Source: Eutreptiella sp. 'Long Island Sound 2002' (Eukaryota; Protista; Euglenida). Taken from it: DNA of 64,000 bases. Positions 1 through 11,717 of the stretch are shown here, piece by piece. A program made the position numbers and the translations under genes. The notes under the pieces were generated by a model that saw nothing but the letters and a program-made list of their open reading frames with translations, ran no database searches and had not been told where the DNA came from. Where the stretch lies: positions 13,144,001 to 13,208,000 of the forward strand of contig OZ038378.1 in the NCBI GenBank assembly GCA_964036045.1, in the 5' to 3' direction. Position 1 is the stretch's first letter; every line of letters starts with the position of its first letter.

Positions 1-480
1 CCCCCCCTTGGTTGACCCAAACCTTGGGGGTCGGCGGGTCGGGCGGTCAGCCGCCGGGCCCCCCGGGGGGGGGGTCGGTGGGTACCCCAACATACATACC
101 TCAAAATGATCCCCATGACACGCTGATCATTTTGAATATGCACATGTGAGGTAAAATTTTTTTTCAAAAAAAATTTGCCCATCAACTCAGGCTCCCATCA
201 GCCAAGGTCCGACCCGGAGGCCGGGTCGGGGTCAAAATCCTTTTTTGTGCTTTTTAGCCATTTTTGAATTCTCCACGAAATTCTGAGTATTTTGAGTACA
301 GACACATAGGGTCGAACAAAAAAATTTCCCCCTGCCCTATGCCTAAAACAAAATCTCCGGCGCCTCTGGCGCCGACAAAGCACATTGTTCCGTACGACAA
401 TTTTGGGGTCCGTAGAGGGGGGGGGGGGGGTCCCCCCCCTCCCTTTGGGGTCGGGTCCCGGCCAGGGCCAGCCCCCGTGA
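1..480. repeat. MITE-like dispersed repeat, cut by the left window edge
   Basis: Its internal segment 265-340 (attctccacgaaattctgagtattttgagtacagacacatag) recurs at about 8160-8200. It has G/C homopolymer blocks and a GGCGCC-N3-GGCGCC palindrome at 359-373. Boundaries are approximate. Confidence 0.5.
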
Positions 481-554
481 TCCCATGTACCTTTGACTAC
501 ATGGCCATTCCATTGTCTATCGCCATAGCTTTGATAGAAAACGGAAATGGTGAA

Positions 555-2251
555 TCACATATAATTAGCAATTGCCGTTAGTACGTGTGGGACGGAAGAT
601 CCTTCGTGCACACCTAGATGATGAGCAACATCTGCACTGTTGAAGTGCATTGTAATGTTGCCGCGGTGTACAGTTCTTTGTTGCACGTCATGGAGAACTG
701 CGCGGTGGAAAATCAGCATCTCATCATCCACCAGTGGTACTATGACTTGTTGGCTATCGTGCCGCATGCGACTTTGGCCAACCCCTCCAATGGTCACAGA
801 GCAAATCAAATCTCCCAGTGCTTCCTGATCCTTGTGATCTGCAATATACAATGGCATAGTGAGTAAATCTTATTAACGTGCAATGCAAATGTAAACATAT
901 TTGGTATGCAAACGAGGGTACATGGAAAATGAGGTAGTGTACATGCAACAATACCGGGAAGAGGGTGGAAGTCATAGTACTCTTGGTCCATGAGATTCAT
1001 CGGTGTTGCTTTGATCGCAATGTTTGCCACGGAAAACAAGTGCTGAATCATTACCTAGAGAAACATATGCCATTTGATGCACTGTAAACGACTCAATTGC
1101 AACCACCAAGCCACTCTATTTGATTTTCACGGCGGAAAAACAAACAACGGCCTACCTGTATGTCTGGGTGGTTGCTGAAATGTGCTCGCTCCGGGGCTCG
1201 GATTGTGCCATGCCTCTGATTGTAGAATCGTTCTCCCAGTTGTATGACAAACCGTCTATGAGTCGGAATAAGAAATGAGTATCATTACCAACAGAATACA
1301 GAACGTCATACTTCGACACAAAAATCATACCCACGGCCAATTTGGTGCCACTCAAACTTGGAGGATAAGTGGTTGGCCAATTGGAAACAGACCAATTGTG
1401 CTGCACTTGACAATTTGATACAAAGCAAATTCGGACCGTGATGATCAAACAACAACCTGCACACATCAAAGTGTCACAGCTTACCGTCAAAAAACTACCC
1501 GGTCGCACCATGCCGTTCCAACACACAAAGGCAACAAATTGGAGTTGTAAAGAGCTATTCCTATGATAACACTGTCACATACCTTTCAATGTCACCATTT
1601 TGGTGATGGTTGGCACTTCTCATGCCTTCATCGGTTGTCGAATCCCTAAAAACGCACACAAAGGCTTTGGCATGCCTATAAATGGTGCTCAATAATCATA
1701 ACCATGATACCAAAACAACAATGACGAAAAGGCAGAGCATGAAATTCCTACAATCTACGTTCACGCATACCTTTCAACCTCGCGATGTTGCTCATGGTTT
1801 GTGATTCCCATTCCTTCATTAGTTGTTGAATCCCTAACAAATCACATGAGTACTGGCGAACCCATCGATGGTGTTCAATAACCACGACAATGATACAGAA
1901 CCAACAACAAACAACACACAACATTGCAACCACCATGCATCAAACCTAATGTTACGGCATCACAAAGAGCAACTACCATGCCCAAGCAAAGAAGCAATTC
2001 TATTCACATACCATGATATAATCCTTCGGCTCAGCACACGGTCATGAACTGCCAGATGAAATCCGGCCCGTGTTTGTTGATTGACTCGGTTTGCATACTT
2101 GCGGTGTTTGTTATGCCACATTTTTGTCATGGTAGAGACTGAAAAACAAGCAAAACACGCCCAAGTCTGAAAATCCAACACAATTCGGTGGGGTACCCTG
2201 CAATTTGCTACTGCAGCTACTTGGAGTCTCTTGAACGTTGATGTCTACATC
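555..2251 (-). pseudogene. Multi-exon gene or TE-gene relic of unknown product with conventional GT-AG introns
   Basis: Phase-compatible splice junctions found by hand. Exons: ~2251-2197, 2138-2012, 1833-1771, 1645-1583, ~1356-1156, 1054-955, 838-555. Introns 2196-2139, 2011-1834, 1770-1646 and 954-839 are all GT..AG and join in frame (e.g. ...DFHPLP|DHKDQEALGDL...). The 1156/1054 junction needs a frameshift, so the gene is probably degenerate. Confidence 0.55.
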
Positions 2252-2950
2252 TATATCACAGTGTCTACATCTACATCACATCACCAAAAAAATTACCGCA
2301 CTCACCACAAAACTTCAATACCAATCCACGTCACACAATGACGTTCCAAACTTTGAGAAAACATGAAGATCCCAGCTAGCTCAACCGATGGAGGTTGCAA
2401 ATCAAGATCCAAGAGGGCCAGTTCATACAAATGAGATATACGTAATGGCAATCCAATCCATTCAACCCAATGGACAATCTAGTGCACTTTTCAGCCATTT
2501 TTGGTATGTTGGCGGTTTTGGCAGCCTAGGTGACCCCGGGGTACCCACTCTGAGGGGTGTGAGTGGGGATGTTGTGACAATATATGCCTACTAGGATACG
2601 GAAGGACGTTTTTTGCATTCTCTAGCCTTGCTTAGAGCCGGTCACAACCCGTGCCAAAGACGCGAAATGACTTTTTTCACCAATAATGGCCTAGTGAATG
2701 GGCCGGTACACAACCTGCTAATGCAAGTTTTTCACCCTGGGCAGCTCAAAAATCGAAGTTTTCGAAACTTCTTTTTATGATATTGTGACCACACAATGTG
2801 ACCATCCAAGCTATGTAAAGCATGTTTCAGGCCGTATTTATGTGTTTTTCACCCTATTTGGGTATTAGGTCGCGGGGGGGGGGGGGGGGCTCCAAGGGGA
2901 TTGGTACACAACCTGCTAATGCAGTTTTTCACCCTGGGCAAAAATCGAAG

Positions 2951-3741
2951 TTGTCAAATGCAATCGTCAGCCCGCGGACAAGGGGCCCCTGGCGCGGGCC
3001 GCCGCCACCCACATTGAGCATTGTGTCCGATCCATCTACTCCCCAAGCGGAGCCGCTAGCCTTGCTACGCTAGTGGTGCCCCACTGAGCAATGAGTGTGG
3101 GCGAAGCGTGGACCCGCGTGGCCACCAGCGTTTGGTGGTCGTGTGGCAACCCGGGAGTGGAATTGCGGTACACAATGTGAAAGGTGGGGTGTTCCACTTG
3201 TTTGTTTGTTTTTTTCACAACCCCATATTGGTCGGTGTTGTTCCGCAACACACAAGGCGGGCAACCAATGGGGACCTCGAGAAAGCATTGGTTATGTTAC
3301 GGGGCCTCAACCTTGGGGCAGGGGTTAGGTAGCCACTATGCCCACATGTGGGCCATTTCTGATTTTGTCCCCGTGCTAAGCATTGGGAGCCATTGATTTC
3401 TCACCAGTAGCGGGGGACACTTGTTAAATGCAATCGTCAGCCCGCGGACAAGGGGCCCCTGGCGCGGGCCGCCGCCACCCACATTGAGCATTGTGTTCGA
3501 TCCATCTACTCCCCAAGCGGAGCCGCTAGCCTTGCTACGCTAGTGGTGCCCCACTCAGCAATGAGTGTGGGCGAAGCGTGGACCCGCGTGACCACCAGCG
3601 TTTGGTGGTCGTGTGGCAACCCGGGAGTGGAATTGCGGTACACAATGTGAAATGTGGGGTGTTCCACTTGTTTGTTTGTTTTTTTCACAACCCCATATTG
3701 GTCGGTGTTGTTCCGCAACACACAAGGCAGGCAACCAATGG
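2951..3741 (+). repeat. Pair of ~321-bp direct repeats (2951-3271 and 3421-3741) around a 149-bp core
   Basis: About 6 mismatches counted by eye (~98% identity), offset 470 bp. The ORF track shows duplicated translations. Confidence 0.9.
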
Positions 3742-3899
3742 AGGGGTACACAACCTGCCTATCCAGTTTTTGGCCATGTACACCTCTGTTGCATTGGAAT
3801 CCGACAACATTTACGCATTGTGGGAACCGCATCTCGATTATGTAAACATCTCCATTGTCTAATGTCGTTTGGATTTTTGTTGTGCAAACAGGCTTGCAT

Positions 3900-4273
3900 T
3901 GCCATTCGGCTTGGCATTAGCGCTTGTCCCACTCCGCCCCATACAAACCCCATGGAGTCGGGACCCGGAAACACTTTTTCGGCTCAAAATCGAAAAAAAA
4001 AACCAAAAGATTCATGATTTTCGGCCCAAAAAAAGGGGGGTCGATTTTTGACCCCCCCCTCAAAAGCTCAAAAAAGTGGGTTTCAAGTGGGGGGGGGGGG
4101 GTTCTGGGGGGGTCCGGACCTAAAACTCATTGGGGGATGTGTTTATTGGACAAAATAATCATTTTACAAGGGGTTAAATAACAATTCAACCCCTTGGGGT
4201 AAGGTACGCGAATAGGCCCAAAAAGGCCCAAAATGGGGGGGTACGTGGTGTTTTCCCTTATATATGCCTACTG
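3900..4273. repeat. Dispersed MITE-like repeat; related inverted copy at about 42720-43000
   Basis: atcattttacaaggggttaaata (~4158-4180) matches the reverse complement of ctaaccccttgtaaaatcatgat (~42783-42805). Both have the same G/C-run architecture. Confidence 0.5.
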
Positions 4274-4356
4274 GGCTTTGATCTAACAACCTCTGCGAGG
4301 TGATTTCTTTGGCAAGGACACTACCCCCCCCCCCCCCTTGTATAAGCTACACCAAA

Positions 4357-4690
4357 GTCCCAAATTAATACGGTCCCTACGCCTACTGTAGCTTGGACAC
4401 GGGCGTAGCTTGCGCGCGACACATACAACGACCAACGTCGGGCACCCACGTTCAAAAAGAGAGGATTGCATGGTGAGCTGGTGCAAGAAAGGGGCATATA
4501 ATGCACAAACATCCCCAAAATCAGAGCTATTTGTGTCAAGTGGGCAAACACTCACGACAAATGTGTCCCTGACTCCATGTGACTCGCAAATCCGTCACCA
4601 AACCCATGTCTTATGTGGCTGCACTACGTTTGGTACCGAATTAAAATCAGGTCCCAAATTAATATGGTCCCTACGCCTACTGTAGCTTGG
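4357..4690 (+). repeat. 40-bp direct repeat (4357-4396 and 4651-4690)
   Basis: gtcccaaattaata(c/t)ggtccctacgcctactgtagcttgg occurs twice with one mismatch. Confidence 0.85.
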
Positions 4691-4880
4691 CCATAAACAG
4701 TGGAAAGTTCAGCGATAGGTCCCCACCGACAGACCTATGCCCTGTCATTCAGTGCATCGTCACAGGAACGGCGGCAAAGCCGCCGCCACAGTTCATCCAC
4801 GAATACGGCGCCGGAGGCACCGCCACAGATTGTCCATACGGGCTCTCGGCGTCTGGGTAGTTCAGTGCCATCCGCGGATG

Positions 4881-5340
4881 TCAAGCCTCCCTCCAAAGTC
4901 CTCGGCGTCTCTTCCGATATGGATTGTCACTCACTTCTTTACTGCACCTAGACCCCCGTGACTGGCATGAGCCTGTGTCAAACATGGACCCTCCTGACGT
5001 GGACCCAAACTCTTCCGAACTACACGAAGTGGTTTCCAACTTGGAACCCGTTCCCCCTTCCAACTCACTGAGATCGGCACTTGAGGCACCCGATGACGAC
5101 ACTTCACTGGGCATCTCCTCCAACCCCAGGTCAGCCCACATGGGTTCCACTCGCGGCCTCTTACGCAATCCCTGTTGGTTGTGTGGGTGCATCCGGCGCC
5201 CCTCCTCCGCCAGCGCATCCGCTTGGTGATTTCCGTGCACTCCCAAATGGGATGGTACCCAGTGCACTTGTAGGTCATCCCTAGCCCTCTCTCTTTCCCA
5301 TAAAAACTGTTGCCACAAATCTCTATGGCCCACCTCCCCA
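4881..5340 (-). mobile_element. 5'-truncated non-LTR retrotransposon (LINE) 3' fragment encoding an RNase H C-terminus
   Basis: HRDLWQQFLWERERARDDLQVHWVPSHLGVHGNHQADALAEEG matches the RNase HI DLW...WVPSHxGxxGNxxADxLA motif. It is followed by an acidic/Ser tail and a basic RKRRR end. Confidence 0.8.
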
Positions 5341-6218
5341 CTCGCTGCGCGCCATCCATGCCGGCGCCATGCCGGCGGGCGGCATCCATGCCGGCGGGAC
5401 AAGGGCGTAGCGAATACAAGGGGGGGGGGGCGTGCATTGGAAAATGTGCTGTAGTTCAGAATGGAAGTATCCTGTGCTCACCTTGAAGCCCCCCCCACCT
5501 TTCCCCAGACAGAGGCCGGGTGCACCTCATAGGAGGTGTAGGTGTGGAGGTCCAAGGTCCCCACCGGGAACAACACCCCCAACACACACTACGGAAGGAC
5601 ACAACGAGAGGGGACAAAGGGGGGAGCGGGCCACCGCCGCCAATGGGCCGTGGTCACAGGGGCGCACATCCACCTCCCCCAAACACCCCAAGAGAGGCAC
5701 CCCGGCCTCCCGAGAGACACCACAAAAAGACGCCACGACACAACACATACGAGTGCTCACACGGGCGTGCCTACTGCACGCCTTCTCGCCGTTCAGTATT
5801 TCCTAATCCCTGTGATGGGTATTTTGTGGGCGTTCATGGCCTATTGTGAGGTGTGTTGTTGCGGTAAAGCCCGTTTCCACATCAGGTGATAGCGCTCTGC
5901 TGATCACGTCTACCTGGGGATCGCACAGTCCAGAGCGGCGGCAACCCGTGCGGACGTGTGGGAGGGTGCAGCACTGCTCGGCATTTTTTTTTGTGAAATC
6001 AAGCCTAGACCACGGGGGGGGGGGGGGGGGCTACAACCGGTCTTGATGCGACCCACCCCCCAACTATCTTTCAAAACTTGGGGGGGCAGTTGGGGGGGGG
6101 TCCACCCGGGGGTCGGGGGTGTTCCTGCCGGGGGTCGAGGGGGGGGGGTGTTCCTGCCAGGGGTCGGGGGGGCGTCTGGCCGGGGGTCACGGGGGCGTCC
6201 AACCAGGGGTGAGGGGGG

Positions 6219-6236
6219 TTAGGGTTAGGGTTAGGG
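6219..6236 (+). repeat. Interstitial telomere-like tract (TTAGGG)3
   Basis: Three perfect TTAGGG units. Confidence 0.85.
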
Positions 6237-6239
6237 TCA

Positions 6240-7120
6240 CCGAGCTGGTGGAACCAGTCTTGGTTTTATAACCCTTTTTAGTGTCTAGGGTGGACCTACC
6301 AGGTTTAGCGGCAAGCAAGCAAGCAGCAAGCAGCAAGCAAGCAAGCAAGCAGCAACACACGCGGAATGGGGAAAAATCAGAAGTCCGTCGTGGTGCTTCA
6401 GTTTCTGGTGAAATTTTGGTGGATGATACCTATGGGTGTGAAGTACAATCACACAAAGTTTGAGCGAGGAACTCAACGGTGGCGGCAAGGAATGGGATTC
6501 GCAAGTGGCGGACCTCAATTTCAAAAACTGCAGTTCACGGCCAAAAACAGCCATTTTTGGGCCAAAAAAGCCTTGGAACACATTCAAAACGTCCAAACGA
6601 AGGGAAACGGTGGGTACACTCCACGTGCGGCTTGACTTCCCCGTGTCAACGAGCTCTTTGCGGCCCTCTAACTCCATGAAATGTCCCGGAAACGGCCCAA
6701 AAAGGCCCCTAGAAGCTCCAAATGCCGACAGCCACAAACCAAGAATAGGCCATATCTTTGGCTACATGGCTCAAAATGCGATTCCGAGGGCACCTACTCC
6801 ACCCGCAACCCCCCCACTTTTTGTGGTTTCCACCCCTCAGATATGCCCAAACGGACGCCTAGACCCCCATACCTAGGCCCACTAGGCTGCGGCAAGCTGC
6901 AAGCTCAAGCCCAAACAGGTGGGTGCCCAAATGGGTCAACAGGGTCCAGTGGGGGCAAGAAGATGACTTTTCTCAAAAATGATCCTAGACCATGTGCGAC
7001 GCTAAAACAAGTGTTTTTGGACCGTTTTGAGCTTGTGGTGGCCCATTTTGGTCCTCTGAAAATCCCAAAATGCCTTGAAAATGGGCTGTTTTGGGGGATC
7101 AATGGTCGGTTCCGATAGAC
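6240..7120. repeat. Abundant non-autonomous repeat family; related segments at 7720-7890, 31180-31640 (inverted) and 31900-32090
   Basis: Shared strings such as gagggcaccta(c/g)tccacccgca-acccccac-tttttgtggtttcc (6787-6830 vs 32031-32075) and atcctagacca (6983, 7793; inverted at ~31428). Confidence 0.7.
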
Positions 7121-8033
7121 TGAATGTCCCCGCCATAGACAATTCCAGCCATTAGTCCAGCAGTACTGTGTAGCTCAATCAATGCACGTGTCCCCTTCTT
7201 GGTTGGGGTGCTCCACTATGTAAGGTACAGCGAGGCGTTTCTTGCGGTTAGCTCTGTGGGTCACTTGTGTGCTTGTCCTGTCTGCCGACTCCAGTGAACA
7301 ACCAGGATCAATAAAAAAGCAGTCGTCCTTAAGGTGTGGACTGCATTCACTTGTTTACGTGCGAACTGACTGGGCTGCAAAGCATGGCACTCACTCGGCC
7401 TTTCCCCGTCAGTTGCTGTTTAGTTTCAAGAAGAGCAGGGGGTAACATACAGATTCAGCAGGGGGGGGGGGGTACATACAGAAGTGAGAGAATAAGATAC
7501 AGTGGATAAAGTATAAGAGCAGGTGTGACGTGTAAGCCGAGTGCAGTCTGTACTGTAAGAAGGGTGTGGCGTCATGTGTTGGAGTCCTCGTCCACAAAGG
7601 CCTGCACCACATGCTGGTAAGCAGTGACCAGGCGGGGCAGCCCCATGCACCACAGCCGCATTGTACCCTTGGGTACACCGGAAATGCGTTGTGTTGTGAT
7701 GCCGGTTTTCAGCGACCTATTGGTGTCCACGGGCTGTTTTGGGACCAAAAATGGGTCAAAAATGGGTCAAAAACGCATTTTTCCAAACCTCATCCTAGAC
7801 CATTTGGGGTGCACAAACGGGTGAAATGAGCCCATTTTGAGCCCATTTTGGGGTATTTTGGCCCCTCAGAAGTCCAAAAAGCCTTGAAAGTGGGCCTCGT
7901 GGTGATGGGGTTCACTTGCAAGCTGACTTCACTTTGTCAAGAGCCATCAATGTGTGAATCATTCTTGATGTCCCTCACCAGTCATAGCTTATGTTCCCTG
8001 CCCCACCATCTCGGTCCCAATATTCAGTCTTGA

Positions 8034-8093
8034 TTAGGGTTAGGGGCAGGGCTAGGGTTAGGGTAAGGGCTAGGGTTAGGGTTGCTGTTAGGG
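8034..8093 (+). repeat. Degenerate interstitial telomere-like tract (TTAGGG/CTAGGG/TAAGGG)
   Basis: About 9 six-base units, several of them perfect TTAGGG. Confidence 0.8.
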
Positions 8094-8583
8094 CCTGCAG
8101 CCCTCCTGTAGCCCTTCTTCAGGTCAAATTTTCATCTTGTTGTTTTAACACAAATATGAATTCTCTACAAAATTTTGAGTATTTTGAGTATAAACACATA
8201 GTATGAAAAAAAAAATTGGCGCCTTCGGTGCCAGACAGTTTTCTCTAGGGACACTTGTTGGTGGCCAACCCGGCACCACTATCTTTCAAAACCCGGGGGG
8301 GCAGGGGGGCTGGGGGGGGGTCGCATACAAAGACCCGGCCCGGCCGCCCCCCCCGTGGCTTGGACTCAACAGTGGTCCTGTCACTTTTCCCCATGAACAT
8401 TGCACTCAGATCGGCACCAACCCGTGCGAGGCAACCCGTGCGAGGGACTGGCATCCTAGGGTCGTTTGACCACATGTGGTCTTGTGCAACTCTTACGTAT
8501 CACACTGTTTGCTATGGCCAGTGATTGCTCAACCTGGGAGACACTTTCTGGCATTTTCTCAAAATAAATGTTTTCCTGCAACC

Positions 8584-10520
8584 ATGTCCTCTATTGAAAA
8601 TCATGATGACATTCGCAACGTGTTTGCCGCCCTCCTACGGCAGTCACAGGATCCCAGATTGCAAGCAATCTATCAAGACATGGAGGAACCAGTCCAATTG
8701 GCTGTAATATAGGAGGTACAGCATGCCGTAGCATCCATACAAGGCCTGCCACCGTCCCATCCCTGTGATGCCTGGCATTGGGCCCCGACGGCTGGCAGTG
8801 TTCTCACGGTGTCGGATGTGCAACCGATACTGGTTCCTCATGGGGTTCTCTTGAATGGTACTGTGGACATGAAACCCCTACCAGGATCTGAGTGGTACAA
8901 TACGCTCCCACTGCTGTGCTACCTCCAGTTTGCTGACGAACTGGCCCAGCGGCTGGTATCAGCTTGGAGTCCCCTGTTTTGACCAGTATCACAAACTGTG
9001 GTGCAACAGGGTTTAACACGTGCGTTGGGCCTCACTCAGGCAGTGGTTCCTGTGGCCATGTCTGCAAAATTTCGGGAAGACATAGCTGATGTGGTTCGCA
9101 ACAGGCTTCCAGAACAATTTTGTGCGCCTTGGGATATGTGGGTTCACGAAAAACCGCCCAACGTGGTTTTGTGCTTCTGGTACATGCCGCAGTCCCTATG
9201 CTGTTGGGAGCCCTCCATTGGACAGGAGCAAGTGGCGGTTTTCTGCTCATTTATGTTGTCGTGGTTGGCGGTAATTACAGCACAACCTCATCAGCAGCCA
9301 GTCCCATCTCAATTCACCAGTGCCCCTCTCATGACTGTAACTGCAGTGGATCTCGTGCCTAAGGCCCTTTATGCATCTACTTTGTCCATCCACACCTCTG
9401 GAGTGGCAGAAAATTACTGGATGACCCTCTTCTGCGTTGGGCGACAGCTCCCACCTTCGCAGGATTTCTCAGCGATCCCTCAGCCAACACACACACACAG
9501 CGCAGTCATGGATTCGGTCGCAGTCTAAAACAGGTCGCTCTGCAGCTGAACTGGTCACAGCTCTGCAAGGAGACGAGGTGTCTCCCCTGGTAACTCGAGC
9601 CACGGCAGATAAAACCTCCGCCATCGATCTAGTAGACGATGCCATCAACTTGCTTTCCCAACTAGATGGGGATGATGGTGTTTCTTCGGGTGTGGGCCTG
9701 GACAGCCGGACGATATCGCTTTATTACGCCATGAAATCAGGTGCTACATGTCCAAAACAAAGAATTGGAGTGTGTCAGAAAGTCAGCTGAGATGGCCCAT
9801 CAAGCGTCCCCAGTACAGGCTGAACAGCAAGCACAGAAGCATAAGTCGGACTTGGCCGTTTTACGACGGCAGATGAAAGAGGCACAGGACAGCATAGCAG
9901 CTCACAAGACCAAGTCGCCTGCGGATGAGCTGCAGCCCGTGGTATACAGACACATGCAGGTGTCTGCTTCGACTCTCATGAAGCTAGCAGTATTGGTGGG
10001 CAAATATCAAGCTCCTTTCCCCTAACCAGCCAATTGCAAGCTTGACATGCCCCAGCGGCATGCCGCGAAACACGCATGCTGTAGCCAGCATGGGTACCGA
10101 GGATTGAAAAGCCTTGTGGGTGTGAGGGGGGATTTGGTATTGGGGGGGAGCCAGGCTACGAAAAAAGTGAACCAACTCAGTTTGGATGATCCTCCTCAAG
10201 AGGTCATCACAGCCAAGCTCTTAGGATCTGCCTTAAAGCCCATGTTTTCAAATATGCTTTGCTCTATTCATGATTAAATGCTTAAGCTTGGTCAGACCTA
10301 TGTCATTCTGGGGGTCAAACCCGAAAGCAGACCTTTAGTGGAACAAGGGGGGACAGTGACCTACAAAGGATTCCGTATCCAATGGAAAATGGGTACCTAC
10401 CAGCCCAGCCTGTGGGCACAATACCGGGTCTCAGTTCGCTTCTTCTTATGTTCAGTGCACCCACACGTCTATTGCCACCTGAGTGCGGGGACAAGAGGAC
10501 TGAGCTCAGTGGGCGGCTGA
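8584..10520 (+). pseudogene. Degraded coding-like run of unknown identity (possible retroelement ORF1/gag-like relic)
   Basis: Six consecutive or overlapping plus-strand ORFs with protein-like composition, including a coiled-coil-like stretch (KHKSDLAVLRRQMKEAQDSIAAHK), broken by stops and frameshifts. No family motif was recognised. Confidence 0.3.
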
Positions 10521-11129
10521 ACAAAGCCTAAAATTTGCTTCCTGTCAAGCTGATGGCCCACTGCTGCATTGTACCTGGCGGGTACCTGAATAGAAAGTTT
10601 GCCGGCCCATCAGGAGGGACATCACAGGCCTCTAGCACCGCTAATAACTCACAAAATTGACCGGAAATAGAAAGAATTTCCCGTGGATTTTGGGAGGGGG
10701 ACACTTGGGGAGGTGGGGGGTTGGTACGACCCCTCCTACCTGGTGTACCACCAGTATCAACCACATTACCAGCTCCCAGCTTCATCACACAGTTTGCTCC
10801 CGGCGACCACACCCCACCCTTTTTACTGGTTAATTCCAAAGCCCGCCACCTTCAAAAGGGAGGATCCTGACGAACAGTCAATGTGCACACCTGTTGGCTG
10901 TTGCTACAGCGCTGGAACAACAGCTTTGTGCTCCCCCCCAAACTGTGATTTCCGCAGAACAAACTTTTGCAGGTCTACAGGTTGCACTACTCCAGGTCAT
11001 GCATGTTTGAAAAGGCAAAGAACGGCCGTTACGGCAGCTTTTGTCTGATTTACGATACCCAATTCTAGTGTTGCTGCAGGAAATTGGGCCCCTTCCGCCT
11101 TTGTATTTTTTCCATGGGTTATGGTAGGG

Positions 11130-11300
11130 TTGGGGGTTCGAATTTGCACGAATTCGCAAGAATTTGAATTCGGTACGAATTCGCTCGAATTCGGAGGATA
11201 ATTTTAGAAACTCTCATTATGAATCCATTGAAATCGAATTTGCTTGAATTCGCATGATTTCAAATTCGGTATGAATTCGCTCGAATTCAAATTGAATTTG
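11130..11300. repeat. GAATTC-rich palindromic repeat cluster
   Basis: Seven GAATTC at 11150, 11166, 11177, 11187, 11246, 11273 and 11283. The 26-bp unit aattcggta(c/t)gaattcgctcgaattc occurs at 11167 and 11263. Confidence 0.85.
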
Positions 11301-11717
11301 AGGCGAATCTGCATCCCCAGGTTATGGGGGTGGAAACCTCTGCCTGCGGTGTGGCTATTTTGTGGGATGGGATCAATTACCCTCGGCTCAGTTTTTGCAG
11401 CCCGTGGAAGCTGGTTGGAGGGGCATCACTCCAGCGACAGTGTCAATTTTGACCACCTTTTTAATATGTTTGTGGCAAAAATGTTCTTCGAGCTCTCTTA
11501 TCAATTCCTTTGTGCAACCTGCTTGTCCATGCACCTGCAGCCTTGGACATTTACCTCCCCCCCTGCCTCTTTGTAAGTAGAATTAACAACAATGCACGCT
11601 AGTATGCTTGCTTACCACCACAACACTTGCACTGTCCCAGTCTGTTGTGTGATGTGTGACTTCTGATGGGCCACAGTTTGGTTTCATAATCAGCAGTGCT
11701 ATAAGGGCGGTATCAAT

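Larger units (their letters stand above)
6010..8358. mobile_element. Composite region bounded by ~45-bp inverted repeats (CCACG-Gn...ccggtcttg-atgcgaccc), with nested repeats inside
   Basis: Left end 6010-6060 reads ccacg(g)n-ctacaaccggtcttgatgcgaccc. The reverse complement of 8310-8358 reads ccacg(g)n-cggccgggccgggtctttgtatgcgaccc. No convincing TSD was found, so these could be two separate partial copies. Confidence 0.45.

Noticed and set aside
4323-5430. One TIR element bounded by Cn-ttgtataagctacacc and ggcgtagcgaatacaa-Gn
   Set aside because: The inverted similarity is real but imperfect and no TSD is seen; these may equally be ends of two separate family members.
10560-10700. Second RNase H fragment (ELLAVLEA on the minus strand)
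   Set aside because: Only one short motif; the other catalytic residues are not identifiable.
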